36,002 nucleotides of DNA, from assembly GCA_964367085.1 (NCBI GenBank), contig CAYIWL010000003.1, positions 1 to 36,002 on the forward strand. The letters run 5' to 3'. The translations under genes were made by a program, and so were the position numbers. The notes beneath the pieces are model-generated. The model was not told the DNA's origin. It searched no databases and saw only the letters and a program-made list of their open reading frames with translations. The DNA comes from Candidatus Woesearchaeota archaeon. Its GTDB lineage: Archaea > Nanobdellota > Nanobdellia > SCGC-AAA011-G17 > ARS1403. Positions 25,366 to 34,261 of the stretch are shown in pieces (within the stretch, counting starts at the first letter, position 1; the number at the start of each line of letters is the position of its first letter).

Positions 25366-26457
25366 TTATACGATGTCTATCCCTAGCTCTTCGCTGAACT
25401 GGATTTTTCTCGCACGCTCATTAGCAACCCGATCAACCCTTCCTAGGATGTATGGCGAGGTAACTCCAGCAATGATAGTCATCACTCTTAATTTTCCTTT
25501 CATCTCTTCATTTATCCTCGCACCCCAAATAACGTTTGCATCCTTATCAAGGCTTTCAGTTACAATTTCTCCAATTCTGTTTACGTCATCCAGTGTTAGA
25601 TCAGCTCCGCCTTCAACATGGATCAAAGCACCAGTAGCTCCCTTGTAGCTTATATCCAATAAAGGATTTGTTAAAGCTCTTCTAGTAGCTTCATCTACTT
25701 TGTGATCTGTATTAGACTCGCCAACACCAATGCTGCAAACGCCGCAATCAGTCATAATAGCCCTTACATCTGCATAATCTAGGTTTACTAAGCTTGGAAC
25801 AGCTATGGTTTCAACTATCCCTCGAATCATCGTGCTTATCAGCTCATTGGCAACTGCAAAAGCCTGTTGAATAGGTAGATTGCCTGCAATTGACACTAGT
25901 CTATTATTATCGATTACAATTACCGAATCACTTACCTGTCTTAACTCTTGCAATCCAAACTCAGCCTTGTCAATTCTAGCTCTTTCAAGCGAAAATGGCA
26001 TAGTAACTGTTCCGATTACAATTGCTCCGGCTTCTTTAGCTATTTTAGCAACTACAGGAGCAGCTCCAGTTCCTGTTCCTCCACCTTCCCCAGCGCAAAC
26101 AAACACCATGTCAGAATCTCTCAAAGCTTCCTTTATCTCCTGCACACTCTCTCTAGCAGCTTCTAATCCTTTTTGAGGAAAGCCACCTGCACCTAATCCT
26201 CTAGTAACATCTCTTCCAAGTAAGATTTTCTTGTCTGCATTATGAACATCTAGATGTTGCTTATCAGTATTAACTGCCAAGATTTCAGCACCCTGCACAC
26301 CTTTTTTATAAAGCCAGTTTACCATATTGCCACCAGCACCACCAACGCCGATAACTTTTATATTAGCCTGGCCAACAGTCACCTCAGAAGACTTTTGCTT
26401 AGAACTCTCGCTTATTGCATTTTGCACGATAAACTCCATTTTTTTATCCCCCATCAT
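25366..26457 (-). CDS. ftsZ: Cell division protein FtsZ (FtsZ2-like)
   Basis: GVGGAGGN, GGGTGTG, NLDYAD; PFSLERAR and DNNRL resemble archaeal FtsZ2. Confidence 0.97.
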   Translation of the reverse strand: MMGDKKMEFIVQNAISESSKQKSSEVTVGQANIKVIGVGGAGGNMVNWLYKKGVQGAEILAVNTDKQHLDVHNADKKILLGRDVTRGLGAGGFPQKGLEAARESVQEIKEALRDSDMVFVCAGEGGGTGTGAAPVVAKIAKEAGAIVIGTVTMPFSLERARIDKAEFGLQELRQVSDSVIVIDNNRLVSIAGNLPIQQAFAVANELISTMIRGIVETIAVPSLVNLDYADVRAIMTDCGVCSIGVGESNTDHKVDEATRRALTNPLLDISYKGATGALIHVEGGADLTLDDVNRIGEIVTESLDKDANVIWGARINEEMKGKLRVMTIIAGVTSPYILGRVDRVANERARKIQFSEELGIDIV

Positions 26458-26559
26458 TTTTTTTATTTTATTTTTTGATTATCATCTTGCGAAAGAGAAA
26501 GCTTTATATATAACATAGCCTCCTATCTCTCTAAGTTTTACAGAAAAACTTGATACACT

Positions 26560-26612
26560 TTGTCTCGCCAAAGACAATTGAAATCGCCAATTTGAGTTCG
26601 CCAAAACTCAAA
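26560..26612. promoter_or_regulatory. Twin hairpins with identical CGCCAA loops between ftsZ and gatD
   Basis: TTGTCT-CGCCAA-AGACAA (26560-26577) and TTTGAGTT-CGCCAA-AACTCAAA (26591-26612); third TCGCCAA at 26584. Confidence 0.55.
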
Positions 26613-26773
26613 CTAATTCTTATTTATTTTCAATTAAGTTTTCACAAAGAGAGGACTAATTTAAATAGACTATCATTCTGAAAAGTATATTTTAAAAAAT
26701 AATATTCTACTAAATATATTTTACAATAAATAATAATGTTTTTATAGCAGCAAGTTTTTCAGTTGAATACAAG

Positions 26774-27859
26774 ATGAAAACCATTTCAATATTGCATTTA
26801 GGCGGCACAATCGCAGCAAAAGTCTCGCCAAAAGGAGGAGTATCAGCGCAGTATACAGCAAAAGAGATTCTTGAATTATATCCAGAAATAAAGCAACTGG
26901 CAACAATCAAATCCAGATTAGTTTCTAACATGCTCTCAGAAAATATGAACTTCTCACATTACAATTCAATTGCAAAAGAAATCCAAAAAGAAGTAAAAAA
27001 CAAAGTTGACGGAATTATCATCACGCACGGCACAGACACCCTTCACTACACTTCAGCCGCATTGTCTTTCATCTTAGAAAACCTGCCAATTCCAATCATT
27101 CTAGTGGGTGCTCAAAGATCTTCAGACAGGGGAAGCAGCGATGCAGCATTAAATCTAGTTTCCGCAATTAACTTCATCAACAAGACAGACTTTGCAGAGG
27201 TAGCAATCTGCATGCATGCATCAATGGAAGATACTCACTGCTCAATCCTTCCAGCCTTGAAAACAAAAAAATTTCACACATCAAGGAGAGATGCTTTCAA
27301 GCCAGTAAACGCAAAACCATATGCATTTGTCTATCATGATCAAGGATTAGATTTGCTAAGAAAAAATTTCAAAAAAATAAATAAAAAATCAAAATTAAAT
27401 TTAAAATTGTTTAATCCAAAAATAAAAGTAGGAATTCTAAAAACACATCCAAACATGTCAGCAGAAGAAATAAAATTCTATTCGAAATTCGACGGCTTAA
27501 TTATCGAAGGCACAGGCATGGGGCATGCGCCAATAATAAAAACAGATTCATTCACATCAGAGAATCTAAAAATCTTCAAAGAAATAAAAGATCTAGCAAA
27601 AAAAATTCCAGTGATCATGACATCGCAATGCACATTCGGCAGGATTAACATGAACGTCTACACCCCAGGAAGAAAGCTTCAGGAGATAGGAGTCTTAGGA
27701 AATTTATCTGATATGACAACAGAGACTGCTTTTATAAAACTAGCATGGCTTTTGTCTAACTATAAAAAACAAGAAATTAAAAATTTGATTTCTGAAAACA
27801 TAAGAGGGGAGATATCAGAAAGAACTTCGACAGAATTATTGGAAAATGATTTTTCCTAA
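26774..27859 (+). CDS. gatD: Glu-tRNA(Gln) amidotransferase subunit D (asparaginase-like; N-terminal domain absent)
   Basis: GGTIA, HGTDTLHYT, GAQRSSDRGSSDA, HTSRRDAF, GTGMGH. Confidence 0.9.
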   Translation: MKTISILHLGGTIAAKVSPKGGVSAQYTAKEILELYPEIKQLATIKSRLVSNMLSENMNFSHYNSIAKEIQKEVKNKVDGIIITHGTDTLHYTSAALSFILENLPIPIILVGAQRSSDRGSSDAALNLVSAINFINKTDFAEVAICMHASMEDTHCSILPALKTKKFHTSRRDAFKPVNAKPYAFVYHDQGLDLLRKNFKKINKKSKLNLKLFNPKIKVGILKTHPNMSAEEIKFYSKFDGLIIEGTGMGHAPIIKTDSFTSENLKIFKEIKDLAKKIPVIMTSQCTFGRINMNVYTPGRKLQEIGVLGNLSDMTTETAFIKLAWLLSNYKKQEIKNLISENIRGEISERTSTELLENDFS

Positions 27860-27913
27860 ACAAAAAGATTTATAAATACATGTATATACGTGTAATTACA
27901 TAGAGGTAATTCA

Positions 27914-28123
27914 ATGATTTTGCAAATAAGCAAGCATGCAAAAGAGAAAATGGACATTGAAGGGATCGATGAAGACCAGATAAAAAAGGCTATCAAAATG
28001 GGGGCAATTTCAAGACAAACCAACGGCTATTTAGCATCGTATACATATATTAATGTAGCCTATAAAAAAAGAGGAGACGTTTACAGGATTAAAACAGTAT
28101 TCACGACAAAAGGTGAAAGATGA
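27914..28123 (+). CDS. DUF4258-like toxin
   Basis: ISKHAKEKM...IKKAIKMG...IKTVF. Confidence 0.75.
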   Translation: MILQISKHAKEKMDIEGIDEDQIKKAIKMGAISRQTNGYLASYTYINVAYKKRGDVYRIKTVFTTKGER

Positions 28124-28462
28124 ATGGAAGATGAAAATTTATGCTGGGAATGTAATAAGAAGATGATCATTAAAAAGATTGAGTACAAACTTCACGGAGT
28201 TAGCCTAGGAAAATTTGATGCACTAGTATGTGAAGGATGCAACGAAACATATTTTAGTGAAGAAACTTCAAGGAAAATAACAAAGATAGCAAAAGAAAAA
28301 GGTCTATGGGGGTTAGAAGCAGAAACAACAGTAACACAGGCAGGAAATTCTTTAGCAATAAGGATTCCTAAAAAAATAGCAGAGTTCTTACATCTAAAAA
28401 AAGGAACATTTGCAAGAATGCACCCGGAAGAAGACAAATTAATCATGGAGTTTGAGGAATAA
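28124..28462 (+). CDS. YgiT/MqsA-type Zn finger + AbrB/MazE antitoxin
   Basis: CWEC...CEGC; GNSLAIRIPKKIAEFL. Confidence 0.85.
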   Translation: MEDENLCWECNKKMIIKKIEYKLHGVSLGKFDALVCEGCNETYFSEETSRKITKIAKEKGLWGLEAETTVTQAGNSLAIRIPKKIAEFLHLKKGTFARMHPEEDKLIMEFEE

Positions 28463-28530
28463 AAAAGTTCTGCACATTTTCATTAATTATAGGAAAGAAA
28501 AATCATATGGAAGCACTAAAAATTAAAGAC

Positions 28531-29235
28531 CTATTTCTTAAATTTCATAAGTATAAACTCCGGTACATACAATTTAGCAGTTCTATTTTTTATAGGGTAA
28601 ACCTCCCCCGGAGAACATGAATCTTCACTCAAAGTCATCAATTGAAAATTTTTTAAAACAAAATCATTAAGATGTTCCTCTAATGTGTGAGTTGGCTCAT
28701 AAACGGTAAGGGTTCTATCAAAAAGATCCAACCCAATAACCTCTCGTTCAAAATAGTTTCCTCCTTTTTTGTATTCAAACATCATCATAGGATGATTACC
28801 AACAAAAATAAAATAGCCACCAGGAGATAAAATTCTATGAATTTCTTGAAACAAGGGATTCATATCTTCTGCATGTTGGATTGCAAACCTGCTAAAAACT
28901 AAATCAAAAAAACCATCCTGAAAACCGGTATTTTCTATATCTCTTACAAAAAGGTTCTCAATGCCTGGATTTAATCTCTTAGCAAGCCTAATCATTGGAT
29001 TAGAGCCATCAATTCCATAATAACTTGCACCTTTCTCTTGAAAATATTTCAGATATCTTCCGTAACCACATCCAGCATCCAAAACTTTCTTTCCTGCAAG
29101 GGGAAAATCAATTTCCTGCAAAATTCTTTCCCAAGTTACATCCGAGCTCTTGGCATGAAATTTCTCTTGCGCATCCATATATTGTTTAGCAAAGTTACCT
29201 TTATATTGCTCATAGCTACATTTTAATTTATTCAT
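28531..29235 (-). CDS. Class I SAM-dependent methyltransferase
   Basis: VLDAGCGYG; FDLVFS; EIHRILSPGG. Confidence 0.92.
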   Translation of the reverse strand: MNKLKCSYEQYKGNFAKQYMDAQEKFHAKSSDVTWERILQEIDFPLAGKKVLDAGCGYGRYLKYFQEKGASYYGIDGSNPMIRLAKRLNPGIENLFVRDIENTGFQDGFFDLVFSRFAIQHAEDMNPLFQEIHRILSPGGYFIFVGNHPMMMFEYKKGGNYFEREVIGLDLFDRTLTVYEPTHTLEEHLNDFVLKNFQLMTLSEDSCSPGEVYPIKNRTAKLYVPEFILMKFKK

Positions 29236-29239
29236 TTTT

Positions 29240-29901
29240 TTAAAAATTAGATTTAAGAAAGCCTCCTATTTCACCTTTCAAACCATTATTATATTCTTCA
29301 AAATCCAAAGCAACACCAAAAGTATATCTATCTTTTGCCAATCCAACCCTCACTTTTTGAAGACTAAAATTATGACCGTTTCTACCAATATTAGTAACAT
29401 TTTCCACATGACAGGACCCATTTATCTTAGGGTTTATTTTCACATCGTATCCTAAAGTGGAGAACATTTCAACATTAGTATTTTTCCCTAATTCAAGGGT
29501 CAACAAGTTATAACTACCAAAACATCCAAAATTCCTAAAATGCTGTACTCCTAACCGAGGGATTACACCTCTATATCCTGAAATTGTCTGAAACTCAGCA
29601 ACCCCATCAAAGGCATAAAAAGATCATGACTAAAATCAAACACACCATAGTAATCTACGTTCTCATCATATCCCATTTTAGTAATCCCCCTGACAAATAA
29701 CCCTGCTTTTGAAGTCAATTCTTTCCCCATTATTGAATCAAGGGTAATATCTTTTTCCATGCATATAAATTCAGTTGAATCTTCAGCATTAGCTTTAGGA
29801 ATACCGACGCCACCAGATAGGGTTCCTGCATCTAATAAAAAAGAGGCCATACAAATATCCGCTAATCTTCTTATTCTTGCTTTATCAAACATTTTTATCA
29901 T
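29240..29901 (-). pseudogene. Frameshifted secreted beta-strand-rich (beta-barrel-like) protein, about 220 aa
   Basis: The two tracked ORFs join by a 1-nt shift near the A5 run at 29617-29621, giving ...AFDGVAEFQTISGYRGVIPRLGVQHF...; ends GGFLKSNF. Confidence 0.65.
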
Positions 29902-30003
29902 TTTAGTATTATTTAATAGTAAAAATACTCTTTTTATAATTTATTACCCCTGTACAGGATATATAATAGAAAGATTTTTAAATAATTTTTCATTTCATTT
30001 TTT

Positions 30004-30738
30004 ATGGAAAAACAGCAGTTAATAAACTTAGGATTAACAAATGGAGAAGCTAAGGTTTATTTAGCCTTGTTAAAATTAGGATCTTCATCAGTTGGACCAA
30101 TAACAAAAGAGGCAGATGTAGCTTATTCTAATATTTATGATATCCTAGACAGATTATTAGAGAAAGGATTGATATCTTTTATTTTAAAAGGGAAAACCAA
30201 GTACTTTCAAGCAGTTTCTCCATCAAGGCTAAGTGAGTTCCTGGAAAAAAAGGAGAAGAAATTACAAGAAGATAAGATTTCTCTTAAAGCCTTAATTCTC
30301 GAATTAGAAAAAATACAATGTCCAAGCTCAAAGCAAGAAGCAGAAATATTCTTAGGATATAATGGAATAAAAACCGCATACGATAGGATGATAAAAGATG
30401 ATAACGGAAAAAAAGAAGACTGGCTTTTTTTCTATATAGAAGAAAAGTCTCACACAAGAAAAACAGAAGAGTTTTACACAAGAGTTTATAACAGATTTAA
30501 GCAGATAAAAGCAAAAGGTATAGCAAATATAGAATACAAAAAATCAGAGTTTATTAAGAAGACACATTTTAACATGATGTATGTAGATTTTCCAATACCG
30601 GGAAATATAGATATTTACAAAGACCATATCCTTTTTATCTCGTGGGGGGAGAATCCAACAGGAATACTAATCACCTCTCAAGATATATCGAATAAATTCA
30701 AAGATTATTTTTACTCAATTTGGAAACCAAAGACTTAA
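30004..30738 (+). CDS. TrmB family transcriptional regulator
   Basis: LGLTNGEAKVYLALLKLG...IYDILDRLLEKGLI. Confidence 0.9.
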   Translation: MEKQQLINLGLTNGEAKVYLALLKLGSSSVGPITKEADVAYSNIYDILDRLLEKGLISFILKGKTKYFQAVSPSRLSEFLEKKEKKLQEDKISLKALILELEKIQCPSSKQEAEIFLGYNGIKTAYDRMIKDDNGKKEDWLFFYIEEKSHTRKTEEFYTRVYNRFKQIKAKGIANIEYKKSEFIKKTHFNMMYVDFPIPGNIDIYKDHILFISWGENPTGILITSQDISNKFKDYFYSIWKPKT

Positions 30739-30786
30739 ATATAACCTAAATAACAGTTATAATAACCTAAATAATGGTTATTTAAT

Positions 30787-31305
30787 ATGAAATTCGTAAA
30801 TTTTCTTAAATCAAACCCAAATACAAGAAAGATTTTCGGGCAGAGAGAATTAAAAATAATAGAAAAACAACTCTGGGGGGTTAATCTAACGCAATCGGAA
30901 AAAAATCGTTTATCTAGAGACATAAGGAAAAAATTAGACCTCATTAAGGAAGTTTCAAGATATGAAGATGAATTTGATTTAAAGAAAGGCACCGAAATAA
31001 AAAAAATAATAGAAGAAACTAGAGAGGAAATCTTAAATGACCCATTAAGAAATAAAATAGAAAAAATTCTTCTATTCGGTTCAGTAGTAAAGAATGAATT
31101 AACTTTTAGATCTGATGTAGACTTTGCAGTTATCTTCGATGATATAACAAAAAAAGAAGCGTTCAAATTTAGGATTAGGATTCATGGAAGATCTTCTGAT
31201 AAAGTTGATATACAAGTTTTCAACATACTACCTAAAAAGATTAAAGACTCAATTAAAAAGAATAATAAGGTGATATATGAAAGAGGAAAACCGTATCGAA
31301 GATAA
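30787..31305 (+). CDS. MNT nucleotidyltransferase antitoxin
   Basis: LFGSVV...SDVDFAV...VDIQVF. Confidence 0.9.
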   Translation: MKFVNFLKSNPNTRKIFGQRELKIIEKQLWGVNLTQSEKNRLSRDIRKKLDLIKEVSRYEDEFDLKKGTEIKKIIEETREEILNDPLRNKIEKILLFGSVVKNELTFRSDVDFAVIFDDITKKEAFKFRIRIHGRSSDKVDIQVFNILPKKIKDSIKKNNKVIYERGKPYRR

Positions 31306-31735
31306 AATTTTGGAAATAGAGAAGTATTTAGAAGAATTAATCCCAAATTTACCTGCAGAATTAGAAGAATATAAAAAAGACTTTAAGATAAAAGCAATAT
31401 GTGAAAGATATTTTGAGAAAATAGTTGAAGCAATGGTAGACTTAGCATTTATCACTATAAAAGATAAAAAATTAACGATTCCTGAGGATGATAAACAGGC
31501 TTTTGACATATTATCAAGCAATAAGATTATTTCTCAAGAACTGTCTGAAAAATTAAAAGACACTAAAGGTATGAGAAATGTGATAGTTCATGAGTATGGA
31601 AGAATAGATGATGATAAAATTTTCTACTCAATTACTGAAGAATTAGAGAAAGATACAAAAGAATTTATAAACAATATAACTAATTTAATTGAAAAGGGAA
31701 AAAGAAACAAAAAATCAAAAAATGCTAAATTATAA
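31277..31735 (+). CDS. HEPN (DUF86/HepT-like) RNase toxin
   Basis: Rx4H motif MRNVIVHEY. Confidence 0.9.
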   Translation: MKEENRIEDKILEIEKYLEELIPNLPAELEEYKKDFKIKAICERYFEKIVEAMVDLAFITIKDKKLTIPEDDKQAFDILSSNKIISQELSEKLKDTKGMRNVIVHEYGRIDDDKIFYSITEELEKDTKEFINNITNLIEKGKRNKKSKNAKL

Positions 31736-33152
31736 AAACCTAGGATTCAAAGCAGGATTAGAAATCCATCGGCAACTTTCTACTTCAAAACTTTTTTGCA
31801 AATGTAGCACAGCATTACAAGAAAAAAATGAAGAAATCCAAGTGAAAAGAAAGCAAAGAGCCGTAGCAGGAGAAGCAGGAAGGAAGGATATAGCCGCTTT
31901 GTTTGAAGAATTAAAAAGCAGAACTTATGTTTACCATGGATTTGAAGATGAATATTGTTTAGTTTGTTTAGATGAGGAACCGATCCATAACATTAATGAA
32001 AAGGCCTTAGAAACTGCTTTAACACTAGCCAAACTACTCAAATTAAAAATTCCTAAAGAACTAAAAGTAATGAGAAAAATCATTAACGATGGATCAATGA
32101 GTAGCGCTTTTCAGAGAACTTTAATTGTAGGAACAGAATCAAAAAATTCTTTCATAAAAACTTCTCAAAAAAGAATAAAAATAAATCAACTTTCCCTAGA
32201 AGAAGATGCATGTAAAATAATTAAAACAGAAGAAAATCATGTACATTATTCTCTTTCTCGTTTAGGCATTCCTTTATTGGAGTTAACAACAAATCCTGAT
32301 ATAAAAACCCCAGAACAAGCTAAAGAAGCTGCGGAAGTGATTGGAATGACCCTAAGAAGCTTGGGAACTACACGCAGAGGAATTGGATCTATAAGACAAG
32401 ATATAAATCTCTCAATAAAAGATGGAGCAAGAGTAGAGTTAAAGGGATTTCAAAATCTAAGACAAATGCCGAAAGTCATTGAAAATGAAATAGAAAGGCA
32501 ATTATCTCTAATCAAAAAAGGAAAAAAGATAAAAGAAGAAGTTAGAAGGATAAAATTGGATAATACTACAGTATTTTTAAGACCTCTATCAGGGAGTTCT
32601 AGATTTTATCCTGAGACAGATAGTACCAATATAAAAATAGATAAAAAAATGTTATCAAAAATCAAAATCCCAGAGTTAATAGCAGAAAGATCCCTTAATC
32701 TTGAAAAACAGTTTAATCTGCAGCCTGAAATAGCAACAGAACTGATTGAAAAGAAAATTAATTTTGAATCTCTAGTTAAAAAATATCCAAGAATGTCTCC
32801 AAAGTTCATCTCTCAAATTTTAGTTGAAATGCCTAAAGAGCTAAAGACAAGATTTGACATAAAACATGATTTCACATTGAATGAATTCGAAAAAATTATT
32901 GAGCTAGCAAATCAGAACACCCTTCAAAAAGAAGCCGTCTCAGATATAATGATAAAACTCGCTAAGAGACAAGAAATAAATCCAGACAACTACAAGCAAG
33001 TTTCATTCAAGGAAATAGAGCATGAGATAAAACAAGTTATGGAAAAAAATCCAACCCTAACACCGAATGCAATCATGGGGATCATAATGAAAAAATACTC
33101 TGGAAAGGTTAATCCTAAAGAAGTTTTTGACATGATTAAAAAACTACAATGA
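31722..33152 (+). CDS. gatE: Glu-tRNA(Gln) amidotransferase subunit E (short form)
   Basis: GFKAGLEIHRQL, KLFC, DEEP, FQRT, LEEDA, RGIGSIRQDIN, RFYPETD; start moved to ATG 31722. Confidence 0.92.
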   Translation: MLNYKNLGFKAGLEIHRQLSTSKLFCKCSTALQEKNEEIQVKRKQRAVAGEAGRKDIAALFEELKSRTYVYHGFEDEYCLVCLDEEPIHNINEKALETALTLAKLLKLKIPKELKVMRKIINDGSMSSAFQRTLIVGTESKNSFIKTSQKRIKINQLSLEEDACKIIKTEENHVHYSLSRLGIPLLELTTNPDIKTPEQAKEAAEVIGMTLRSLGTTRRGIGSIRQDINLSIKDGARVELKGFQNLRQMPKVIENEIERQLSLIKKGKKIKEEVRRIKLDNTTVFLRPLSGSSRFYPETDSTNIKIDKKMLSKIKIPELIAERSLNLEKQFNLQPEIATELIEKKINFESLVKKYPRMSPKFISQILVEMPKELKTRFDIKHDFTLNEFEKIIELANQNTLQKEAVSDIMIKLAKRQEINPDNYKQVSFKEIEHEIKQVMEKNPTLTPNAIMGIIMKKYSGKVNPKEVFDMIKKLQ

Positions 33153-34009
33153 ATCTTTTGCTAAAAAAATTAATGGAAAAAAAGAGGATAATCGCTACAA
33201 TCATTATTCTGATTTTCATCGCAACATCAAGCAAGACAGTAAATGAGCTAGGAGTAAATTATCTAGCAAACCAGCAGGAAAGAAAAAACGGGGTCATGGT
33301 GGGAGCAGAGCCGTTTTTTATTCAAGGGGATAAGGAAGTAGGAATCTTATTAATCCATGGTTTTACTTCATCACCAAAAGATTTTCGCGAGTTGGCAGGT
33401 TTTTTAGCGGAAAAAAACATAACTGTTTACGTCCCGCTTCTTCCAGGACACGGAACCCACCCTAAAGATTTGAAAGGGATAAGTTATGAAGACTGGACAG
33501 ATGCAGCACAGCAAGCGTTAAATCTGCTAGACACAGAAAAAAAATTCGTTCTGGGATATTCGATGGGAGGAACATTAACTCTCCATCTTGCAGAACAGAA
33601 TGACTTAGCAGGAATAATCTCAATAAATTCAGCAATAATTTTAGAGAGTCGCTATATCCCATTCATTCCACTCGTAAAGCTGGCAGAAACCTACACAACA
33701 AAAAAAGCAGAGGACATAGTGCAATTCATAGACGAGAAAAGAGTCCTCTACGATTCTACTCCATTAGACAGCATTACTGAAATGCAAAAATTAATCAGCA
33801 TAGTCCAGTTGGAAAAAATTACAGAGCCGATATTGATTTTCCAGGCAGAAAATGATAAAATAGTATCTCCAGAATCAGCAGGTCATATCTACAACGAGGT
33901 AGAATCATCTGATAAAGAAATAATTTACCTATCCAATTCTACACACAACAGGATAAATGATCAGCAAGCTGCATTCGAAAAAGTATATGAATTTGTATTA
34001 GCACATTAA
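33149..34009 (+). CDS. Alpha/beta-hydrolase (carboxylesterase/monoacylglycerol lipase-like) with N-terminal anchor
   Basis: LIHGFT, LPGHG, GYSMGG, D..V, STH. Confidence 0.9.
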   Translation: MNLLLKKLMEKKRIIATIIILIFIATSSKTVNELGVNYLANQQERKNGVMVGAEPFFIQGDKEVGILLIHGFTSSPKDFRELAGFLAEKNITVYVPLLPGHGTHPKDLKGISYEDWTDAAQQALNLLDTEKKFVLGYSMGGTLTLHLAEQNDLAGIISINSAIILESRYIPFIPLVKLAETYTTKKAEDIVQFIDEKRVLYDSTPLDSITEMQKLISIVQLEKITEPILIFQAENDKIVSPESAGHIYNEVESSDKEIIYLSNSTHNRINDQQAAFEKVYEFVLAH

Positions 34010-34260
34010 CTCATAAATATTTTTCTTACTCTCTCTTTTTCTTTCTTGCTTCTCTTAACAAGTTCACTTACAAGTTTCCTTCCTTGCTTTTCATTCAAGC
34101 TTCCTTTCCTTACAATCTCTCCAACTAGTTTTTCAGCATTGTCTTTGGCAACAGATGCAATTCCTATGCTAAACAAAAATCCGGTATTCAATGCTTTCTT
34201 CACTCTAGAAATATTTTCAGACGTATTTTTGTTTTTAGTGCCTCTTTTTTTCTTTCCCAT
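34006..34260 (-). CDS. Phasin-like (PHA granule-associated family) protein
   Basis: FSIGIASVAKDNAEKLVGEIVRKGSLNEKQGRKLVSEL; adjacent to the AarF kinase. Confidence 0.7.
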   Translation of the reverse strand: MGKKKRGTKNKNTSENISRVKKALNTGFLFSIGIASVAKDNAEKLVGEIVRKGSLNEKQGRKLVSELVKRSKKEKERVRKIFMS

Positions 34261-34261
34261 T

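Noticed and set aside
30742-30782. TAACCTAAATAA direct repeat before the MNT gene, and the near-palindrome at about 27878-27893
   Set aside because: Adequately explained as ordinary TA autoregulatory operators.
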